Shown here: in pieces, positions 15,530-22,105 of the stretch | Layout of the letters: each line of letters begins with the position of its first letter | Numbering within the stretch: the first letter of the stretch is position 1 | DNA from: a bacterium | GTDB lineage: Bacteria > Eisenbacteria > RBG-16-71-46 | Assembly: GCA_043779265.1 (NCBI GenBank) | Contig: JAYWEM010000093.1 | Coordinates: 1 to 22,105, forward strand | Direction of reading: 5' to 3' | DNA: 22,105 bases | The notes under the pieces: model-generated | Told to the model about the DNA's origin: nothing | Seen by the model: the letters and a program-made list of their open reading frames with translations, nothing else | Database searches by the model: none | Translations under genes and position numbers: made by a program

Positions 15530-16825
15530 TCAGGGCCAGACGCGGCGTTCGACCGCGGGCAGGGCGAGGTCGGCGCCCCGCATGAAGACGGTATCGGGGC
15601 GCACGGCGGGCATCCAGTAGGGCAATTCCTCGAGCGTTTCGCACTCCCAGAGCACCGCATCCCCCCACGAGCCGGGCGAAAGGTGCCCCACCTCGGCCTC
15701 GGCGCCGAGCGCACGCGCGGCGTTCCAGGTGATGCCCATCAGCACCTCCTCCGCGGTGAAGCCGCAGAGCCTCGAGGCGAGCGCAGCGCACTCCATCAGG
15801 GATTGGGCCGGGGCAGTGCCCGGATTGAAGTCGGTCGCGATGGCCACCTTCGCGCCGCTTGCACGCAGCATCGCCGCCTCCGGAAGACTCTGCCGCAAGG
15901 TGAGCGCCGCGGCGGGGAGCAGCACGCCGACGGTTCCGGCCGCAGCGAGCGCACGCCAATCCTCCTCAGTTGCGCTCTCGAGATGATCGGCGCTGCGCGC
16001 ACCCAGTTCGGCCGCGAGCATCGCGCCGCCGAATCGGGCCATCTGCTCGGCATGCAGCTTGATCGGCAGCCCGAGTGCCTTGGCGCGCTCGAGCAGCAGG
16101 CGGCACTCCTCAACGGTGAAAGCCATGGGATCGCAGAACACATCGATCGCCGAGGCCATGCCGCGACGATGGATCTCGGTCAGCACCGGGCCTGCCATCT
16201 CCTCGACATACGCAGCGCGATTCTCCTCGAACTCGGGCGGAAGCGCGTGCAGCAGCAGGGCGGTGCGGTGCACGCGCACCGGCACGCGAACTGCGGCACC
16301 TCCCATCAACTCGAGCAGACGCAGCTCGCGCCTCGGCTGGAGTCCGTAGCCGCTCTTGACCTCCACCGTCGTACAGCCATTGGCGCGCCAGCGCTCGAGC
16401 CGGACCGCGAGCGTCTTCTCGAGCACATCGTCACGCACCGCGGCAGTGGCGTTGACCGTCGAGCGGATGCCGCCGCCCTGCGCGGCGATCTCGGTGTACG
16501 GAACGCCTTGCATCTTCAGCTGGAACTCGGCGGCCCGGTGCCCACCGAAGATCATATGCGTGTGACAGTCGACGAGACCCGGTGTCACGAGTTTGCCGTT
16601 GGCGTTGAGCGGCCGCGCGTCCGGATGGCGACGCGTCAACTCGCCGACCTCGCCCACCTCGAGCACTCGACCGTTCATGAACACGACCGCGCCCTTCGGG
16701 GTGCGAACGATGCGCTGACCCTCGGGATCGGGGGTCACCACCTCGGACGTGTTGTGCAGGATCAAGTACGCGGAGCGCCCTGCCACGGGCTTCGACGACG
16801 GGTCGTGAGCGGACCAGTTGGACAT
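15530..16825 (-). CDS. hutI: Imidazolonepropionase
   Basis: PGLVDCHTH, GGGIRSTV, EVKSGYGL, DVFCD, KLHAEQ, SADHLE, ATDFNPG. ATG directly abuts the hutU TAG. Confidence 0.96.
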   Translation of the reverse strand: MSNWSAHDPSSKPVAGRSAYLILHNTSEVVTPDPEGQRIVRTPKGAVVFMNGRVLEVGEVGELTRRHPDARPLNANGKLVTPGLVDCHTHMIFGGHRAAEFQLKMQGVPYTEIAAQGGGIRSTVNATAAVRDDVLEKTLAVRLERWRANGCTTVEVKSGYGLQPRRELRLLELMGGAAVRVPVRVHRTALLLHALPPEFEENRAAYVEEMAGPVLTEIHRRGMASAIDVFCDPMAFTVEECRLLLERAKALGLPIKLHAEQMARFGGAMLAAELGARSADHLESATEEDWRALAAAGTVGVLLPAAALTLRQSLPEAAMLRASGAKVAIATDFNPGTAPAQSLMECAALASRLCGFTAEEVLMGITWNAARALGAEAEVGHLSPGSWGDAVLWECETLEELPYWMPAVRPDTVFMRGADLALPAVERRVWP

Positions 16826-18499
16826 CTAGTCCGTCACCCCGGGCAGGTTCATCCCGGTACGGCGAGCGTGTGCGATCGCCTCCTCGTAGCCCGCATCCGC
16901 ATGTCGCATCACGCCCGTGCCGCAGTCATTGACGAGCACGCGGCCAAGCCTGCGGTCCGCATCGGCAGTGCCGTCACAAACCACGACCATGCCCGAGTGG
17001 ACGCTGTTGCCGATCCCCACGCCGCCGCCGTGATGCAGGCTCACCCACGATGCACCCGATGCCGTGGTCAGCAGCGCATTGAGGAGCGGCCAATCGGCCA
17101 CGGCATCGCTGCCATCGCGCATCGCCTCGGTCTCGCGATAGGGCGAGGCGACCGATCCGGTGTCCAGGTGGTCGCGTCCGATCACGATCGGGGCCTTGAG
17201 CACACCCTCTCGCACCATCCGATTGAAGCGCAGTCCGAGCCGATGACGTTCTCCGTAACCGAGCCAGCAGATGCGCGCCGGGAGCCCCTGGAACTGCACA
17301 TGCTTCTGCGCGAGCGGAATCCAGCGACGAAGCCTGGCATCGTCGGGGAACTCCGCGAGTGCCGCCTCATCGGTGAGGCGGATATCCTCGGGGTCGCCCG
17401 AGAGCGCGGCCCAGCGAAACGGCCCCTTGCCCACACAGAACAGCGGCCGGATGTATTCGGGCACGAACCCCGGGAACCCGAACGCCTGCTCATGCGTCAG
17501 TCCGCCCTGCTCGGCTTCGCCGCGCAGGTTATTGCCGTAGTCGAACACGACGGTGCCGCGCGCCTTCATCCCGAGCAGGGCCAGCACATGCGTGGCCATC
17601 GACTGCCTCGCACGCCGGATGACCTCCTGGGGATCGGCGAGGCGCATCGCCGCGGCGGCCTCGAGCGTGAGGCCGACGGGGAGATAGCCGTGAAGCGGAT
17701 CGTGCGCGCTCGTCTGATCGGTCGCGACATCGGGGTGGACACCCTGCGCGAGCAACTGGGGGACCACCTCGGCCGCATTGCCGATGAGTCCGACGCTGAG
17801 CGGCTGCTTCGCGGTCTGCGCCTTTCGGCACCACGCGAGCGCTTCCTCCATCGATCGCGTGACGCGATCGCAGTAGCGCGTCTCGACTCGCCGATCGGCC
17901 CTCGACTCATCGACTTCGATCGCGAGGCAGACGCCGCCGTTCATGGTGACGGCGAGTGGCTGAGCCCCACCCATCCCACCCAGTCCCGCGGTCAGGACGA
18001 GACGGCCGGCGAGCGTGCCGCCGAAATGGCGGTCGGCGCACTCGGCGAAGGTCTCGAACGTCCCCTGCACGATCCCCTGCGAGCCGATGTAGATCCACGA
18101 GCCCGCGGTCATCTGCCCGTACATCATGAGGCCCTGGCGCTCGAGTTCGCGGAAGTGATCCCACGTCGCCCAGCGCCCGACCAGATTGGAGTTGGCGAGC
18201 AGCACGCGAGGCGCATCGGCATGCGTGCGGAACACGCCGACCGGCTTGCCGGACTGAATGAGCAGAGTTTCATCATCCGCGAGCACGCGCAGCGCCGCGA
18301 CGATGCGATCGAACGACTCCCAGTTCCTCGCCGCCCGCCCCGTGCCGCCGTAGACCACGAGGTCGTCAGGACGCTCGGCCACGTCGGGATCGAGGTTGTT
18401 CATGAGCATGCGCAGCGCCGCCTCCTGCACCCAGCCCCGGCAGCTCGTCGCCTGGCCCCTCGGCGCGCGAACGACGCGCGCGGTGGCGGTGGTCGTCAT
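16826..18499 (-). CDS. hutU: Urocanate hydratase
   Basis: [95 protein letters not shown] overlap with hutH. Confidence 0.98.
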   Translation of the reverse strand: MTTTATARVVRAPRGQATSCRGWVQEAALRMLMNNLDPDVAERPDDLVVYGGTGRAARNWESFDRIVAALRVLADDETLLIQSGKPVGVFRTHADAPRVLLANSNLVGRWATWDHFRELERQGLMMYGQMTAGSWIYIGSQGIVQGTFETFAECADRHFGGTLAGRLVLTAGLGGMGGAQPLAVTMNGGVCLAIEVDESRADRRVETRYCDRVTRSMEEALAWCRKAQTAKQPLSVGLIGNAAEVVPQLLAQGVHPDVATDQTSAHDPLHGYLPVGLTLEAAAAMRLADPQEVIRRARQSMATHVLALLGMKARGTVVFDYGNNLRGEAEQGGLTHEQAFGFPGFVPEYIRPLFCVGKGPFRWAALSGDPEDIRLTDEAALAEFPDDARLRRWIPLAQKHVQFQGLPARICWLGYGERHRLGLRFNRMVREGVLKAPIVIGRDHLDTGSVASPYRETEAMRDGSDAVADWPLLNALLTTASGASWVSLHHGGGVGIGNSVHSGMVVVCDGTADADRRLGRVLVNDCGTGVMRHADAGYEEAIAHARRTGMNLPGVTD

Positions 18500-20013
18500 G
18501 ACGCCAGTACCTCCTCGGCGAGTCGGACCGGTGCACCCGACACTACCCAGCGCGCAACCTCCTCGGCCGGACCGGCCAACGCGCGATCCCCCTCGGGAGC
18601 GGGCGAGACGCGTCGGATCGCGCCGTAGAGTCGCTCCGAGCCCTCTCCCGCCTTGAGCGGGCGGCGGAACTCGAGCGCGCGGCAGCCGCAGAGCAGTTCG
18701 AGCGCCACGACGCGAGCCGCATTGTCGACGATCTGGCGCGCGTGACGCGCGGCGATCGGGGCCATCGAGACATGGTCCTCGAGTCCGCCTCCGGTGGGGA
18801 TCGAGTCCACACTCGCCGGATGGGCCAGCGTCTTGTTCTCGGACACGAGTGAAGCCGCCGTGTACTGCGCGATCATGTAGCCCGACTCGAGCCCGGGATC
18901 GTTCGCCAGTACGGCCGGCAGACCCGAGACGCGCGAGTCGACCAGGCGATCGATCCGACGTTCGCTGAGCGAGGCGATCTCGGCGACGGCGAGCTTGAGG
19001 TAGTCGGCCACCAGTGCCACCGGTTGCGCGTGGAAGAGTCCGGCCGAGACGATCTCATCGGTCGCGGCGAGCACCAACGGGTTGTCATTGACGGAGTCGA
19101 GCTCGATCTCGAGCTGGCGCTCGATGTGCAGGATCGCGTCCCACGAAGCTCCCATCACCTGCGGCACGCAGCGCAGCGAGTAGGCGTCCTGCACCCGACC
19201 GCAATCCTTGTGCGACTCGACCAGCGCGCTGCCCTGCGAGTAGGCGCGCAACCGGCGCGCCGCCTCGATCGCCCCGGCATAGGGGCGCAGGCTCATCACA
19301 TCCTCACGTGCCGGCTGGAAGCTCCCGAGCAGCACTTCGGTCGAGAGGGCCGCGGCCGCGAGTCCGGCTTCCCACACGCGCTCGGCGTCGACGCACGCGA
19401 GCGCCGCCCAGGCGGTCGAGAACTGAGTTCCGTTGATCAGGGCCAGCCCTTCTTTGGCCTCCAGCGCGAGCGGCGCGAGTCCGGCTCCTCGCAGGGCGAG
19501 CCCTGCAGGCATCCGCTGCTCGCCGAGCCAGGCCTCCCCTTCGCCGATCATGACCCCGGCCAGGTGCGCGAGCGGCGCAAGATCGCCCGAGGCTCCGACC
19601 GAGCCCTGACTCGGGATGACGGGCGCGACCTGTCGCTCGAGCATCGCGATCAGCATGTCGATCACCTCGGGCCGTACACCCGAGGCTCCCTTGGCGAGCG
19701 AGGCGGCTCGCAGCAGCAGCATCGCGCGCGAGACCTCGCGCGGAGCCGGGGCCCCGACGCCCGCCATGTGCGAGCGAACGAGATTGATCTGGAGTTGAGC
19801 GGTCTGCTCGGCCGCGATGCGGCGATCCTTGAGTTCCCCGAATCCCGTCGTGACGCCATACACGATGCGTCCCGAGGCGATCGCGCGCTCGACCACCGAA
19901 CGGCTCGCGCGCACGCGCTCGCGCGCATCGCTCCCGAACTCGAGCCGCACCTCGCCACGCGCCACATCCGCCACATCATCCAAGGTGAGACGCGAATCGC
20001 CGAGCCGGATCAC
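18496..20013 (-). CDS. hutH: Histidine ammonia-lyase
   Basis: [11 protein letters not shown]-type RSH selectivity residues, MIO-forming [12 protein letters not shown] (ASG at about 19585-19593), [31 protein letters not shown] 20013 behind GGAGG overlaps the DinG TGA (GTGA). Confidence 0.96.
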   Translation of the reverse strand: MIRLGDSRLTLDDVADVARGEVRLEFGSDARERVRASRSVVERAIASGRIVYGVTTGFGELKDRRIAAEQTAQLQINLVRSHMAGVGAPAPREVSRAMLLLRAASLAKGASGVRPEVIDMLIAMLERQVAPVIPSQGSVGASGDLAPLAHLAGVMIGEGEAWLGEQRMPAGLALRGAGLAPLALEAKEGLALINGTQFSTAWAALACVDAERVWEAGLAAAALSTEVLLGSFQPAREDVMSLRPYAGAIEAARRLRAYSQGSALVESHKDCGRVQDAYSLRCVPQVMGASWDAILHIERQLEIELDSVNDNPLVLAATDEIVSAGLFHAQPVALVADYLKLAVAEIASLSERRIDRLVDSRVSGLPAVLANDPGLESGYMIAQYTAASLVSENKTLAHPASVDSIPTGGGLEDHVSMAPIAARHARQIVDNAARVVALELLCGCRALEFRRPLKAGEGSERLYGAIRRVSPAPEGDRALAGPAEEVARWVVSGAPVRLAEEVLAS

Positions 20014-22105
20014 GAAGGGTCCTCCAGGAGGGAGCGTGCGGCGTGGGAATCGTCGAGGAAGCGCGCGGCGTCGGCTGCGAGACTGCGCACATCCCGATGG
20101 ATCTCGGGCTCCTGGGGAAGCGAAGCAAGGAACGGCTTGCGGTAGCGCGCGCTCACCAAGCGCGGATCGCACACCACGAGCACCCCCCGATCATCGCCCC
20201 GACGGATCAAGCGCCCGACTCCCTGACGGAACCGGACCACCGCTTCGGGGACCGCATCGTGTCGGAACGGATCGCGACCGAGTTCGCGCAGCCGTTCCCC
20301 ACGCGCCTCGACCAACGGATCATCCGGCACCGAGAACGGCAGTTTCGCGACGACCAGGACCTCGAGCGCCTCTCCCGGGAAGTCGACACCTTCCCACAGG
20401 CTCTGGACGCCCAGCAACACGCCGCCGCGCGTTCCGCGAAATCGCTCGGCGAGAAGCCCCGCCGGACCGTCGACATCCTGCGCCACGAGCGTCACCTCCT
20501 CCGGGAGCCGCGCCGCGAGTCGTTCTCGTACGCGGCGCATGCGCTCGTGCGCGGTGAGCAGCACGAGGATATTGCGCCGGGTGGAGCGCGCGAGGGCCTC
20601 GACCACATCGACGACGATCGTCACCTCGTCGCCAGCGCCATCGAACACGAACGTGCGCATCTGACGCTGGAGATCGAATGGCGAGGGATGGCTCACCGTC
20701 TCGAACGCCAGCGCCTCCTCGGTCAGTCCGAGCCGCTCCCCCACCCAACCGAAGTCGCCATTGCACGCGAGCGTGGCCGAGGTGAGCACGACCGCCCGCG
20801 GCCGAGCCAGCACCAATCGCCGAGCATGGTCGCCCACCCACACCGGCACACCCCTCAACTCCGCTTGGCGCGCGTCTCGACCCTGCGTGCGCCAGTAGAC
20901 CCAGGCGCGGTCGGACGCCTCCGAGAGGTGCGTGAGGTCATCCCCCAATTGCCGCCACCTCGCCGAGGCGATCTCCAGCTCGGAGGCCAGCTCGCCGCCG
21001 GCATCGCCCGCCTCCGCGGTCATCACGGCGCTCGACGTGCGCAAAAGCGCTTCGGCGAACGCGTCGGCGTGTTCGAGCACCACTTGGAGTGGTTGCAGTT
21101 CCCGGCCGAGCAGGTCCTCCATCGAGCGATGTCGCGCGCGACGACCGTAGAGCCCGCGCGTCTCCTCGGGCGGCAGCGCGAGTGCCGTGAAGAGCGCATC
21201 GAAGTCCGTACGAGCCTCCTCGACGCGCTTGCCGAGACGCTCGATATCCTCGGCCAACGAGTGCCGCCTCGGGCCGGTCGCCAGCAGCGGCAGCGCCAGC
21301 TTGCGGATGCGCGACAGCAATCCGCCCGAGCGCCGCGTGCCCTTGAGATTGCCCATCAGTCGCAGCAGGTCCTCGCCGCGATGCCGCGAAACGCTGCGTT
21401 CGAGCTGCGCCGACAGCACGCCCTCGAGCCGGTGCGCCTCATCGACGATGAGGACATCGGGCTCCGGCAGAAGCCCATCGGCCTCAGCCGCCCGTGCGAG
21501 CAATGCGTGGTTCACGATCACCAGCCGCACCTCGCCGGCCCGTCGCCTCGCCCGCGCCCAGAAGCACTCGCGGCCGCGACGACACGTGATCGTGCTGCAA
21601 GCCGAAGGATCCGCGGCGACTCGCGGCCGCAATCGACGGAAGGCCTCGGCATCCGAGGAAGGGAAGCGGTCGAGATCGCCCACCTGGTCCGAGGCCGCCC
21701 ACGCCCGCAGGTCCTCGAGGACCTCCTCCTCCTCGGCGCCCTGGCCGACCTCGCTCTCGAGCGCGTGCGGGCACAGGTAGTTCTGCTTTCCCTTCAGGCA
21801 CGCGAACGGCATGACTTCGCCGAGCGCCTGGAGCAGAGCGGGCAGGTCACGCTCGACGAGCTGATCCTGGAGCGACTTGGTGGCCGTCGCGACCATGACG
21901 CGCTCACCGGTGGCGCGCGCATGCAGCACGGCGGGCAGGAGATAGGCGATCGACTTGCCGATCCCGGTCGGAGCCTCGGCGAGCAGCACGCCTCCTCGCT
22001 CGATGGTGCGCGCGAGGTCACGCGCGAGCGCGACCTGTGAGTCGCGCATCTCGTATCCCGGCCACTGCATCGCAAGCCGACCACCATCGGAGAGGGCCTC
22101 CGCAA
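20010..22105 (-). CDS. DinG/YoaA-family ATP-dependent helicase with 4Fe-4S cluster (5' end outside the window)
   Basis: Q motif GYEMRDSQ, Walker A EAPTGIGKS, KGKQNYLC plus C-x4-C-x5-C Fe-S ligands, IVNHALL, VDEAH, LTSATL, SLWEGVDFPG, QGVGRLIR. The frame is open to the window edge (AEALSDGGRLA precedes the tracked Met), so the true start is probably further upstream. Confidence 0.94.
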   Translation of the reverse strand, partial: AEALSDGGRLAMQWPGYEMRDSQVALARDLARTIERGGVLLAEAPTGIGKSIAYLLPAVLHARATGERVMVATATKSLQDQLVERDLPALLQALGEVMPFACLKGKQNYLCPHALESEVGQGAEEEEVLEDLRAWAASDQVGDLDRFPSSDAEAFRRLRPRVAADPSACSTITCRRGRECFWARARRRAGEVRLVIVNHALLARAAEADGLLPEPDVLIVDEAHRLEGVLSAQLERSVSRHRGEDLLRLMGNLKGTRRSGGLLSRIRKLALPLLATGPRRHSLAEDIERLGKRVEEARTDFDALFTALALPPEETRGLYGRRARHRSMEDLLGRELQPLQVVLEHADAFAEALLRTSSAVMTAEAGDAGGELASELEIASARWRQLGDDLTHLSEASDRAWVYWRTQGRDARQAELRGVPVWVGDHARRLVLARPRAVVLTSATLACNGDFGWVGERLGLTEEALAFETVSHPSPFDLQRQMRTFVFDGAGDEVTIVVDVVEALARSTRRNILVLLTAHERMRRVRERLAARLPEEVTLVAQDVDGPAGLLAERFRGTRGGVLLGVQSLWEGVDFPGEALEVLVVAKLPFSVPDDPLVEARGERLRELGRDPFRHDAVPEAVVRFRQGVGRLIRRGDDRGVLVVCDPRLVSARYRKPFLASLPQEPEIHRDVRSLAADAARFLDDSHAARSLLEDPS

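Noticed and set aside
15524..18628. 1034-aa plus-strand ORF
   Set aside because: It is the antisense shadow of hutU and hutI. It is R/H/G-rich with no motifs, and long antisense ORFs are expected at this GC content.
18496..20013. MIO enzyme as a phenylalanine/tyrosine ammonia-lyase or aminomutase of a biosynthetic cluster
   Set aside because: The Ser-His selectivity pair and direct coupling to hutU and hutI indicate histidase.
20010..22105. DinG as a type IV CRISPR (CasDinG) or defence-system component
   Set aside because: No cas genes, repeat-spacer array or defence partners in the window. It looks like a housekeeping YoaA/DinG with an intact Fe-S motif. The upstream context is not visible.

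Overview
High-GC bacterial window in which all 15 supportable coding segments lie on the minus strand. In transcription order (right to left): 5'-truncated DinG/YoaA-family Fe-S helicase, hutH, hutU, hutI, a 1280-aa secreted M36 (fungalysin-type) metalloprotease with PA domain and FlgD-Ig/T9SS-CTD-like tail, bifunctional ftcD, an SgmX-like TPR protein, a PHP-family phosphoesterase, an uncharacterised probable outer-membrane beta-barrel (apparently starting at a non-canonical ATC codon), comEA, pilB, pilT, pilC and the N-terminus of a pilS-like sensor kinase. The pilS-like gene switches abruptly, out of frame, into a PD40/TolB-like repeat sequence about 105 bp from the window start. The pilB-pilT-pilC-pilS order resembles the Myxococcus/Geobacter type IVa pilus locus. 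The protease tail suggests an FCB-group or related organism (e.g. Ca. Eisenbacteria; inference only). No RNA genes, CRISPR arrays or mobile elements were seen. All family calls come from motif recognition by eye, not database searches.
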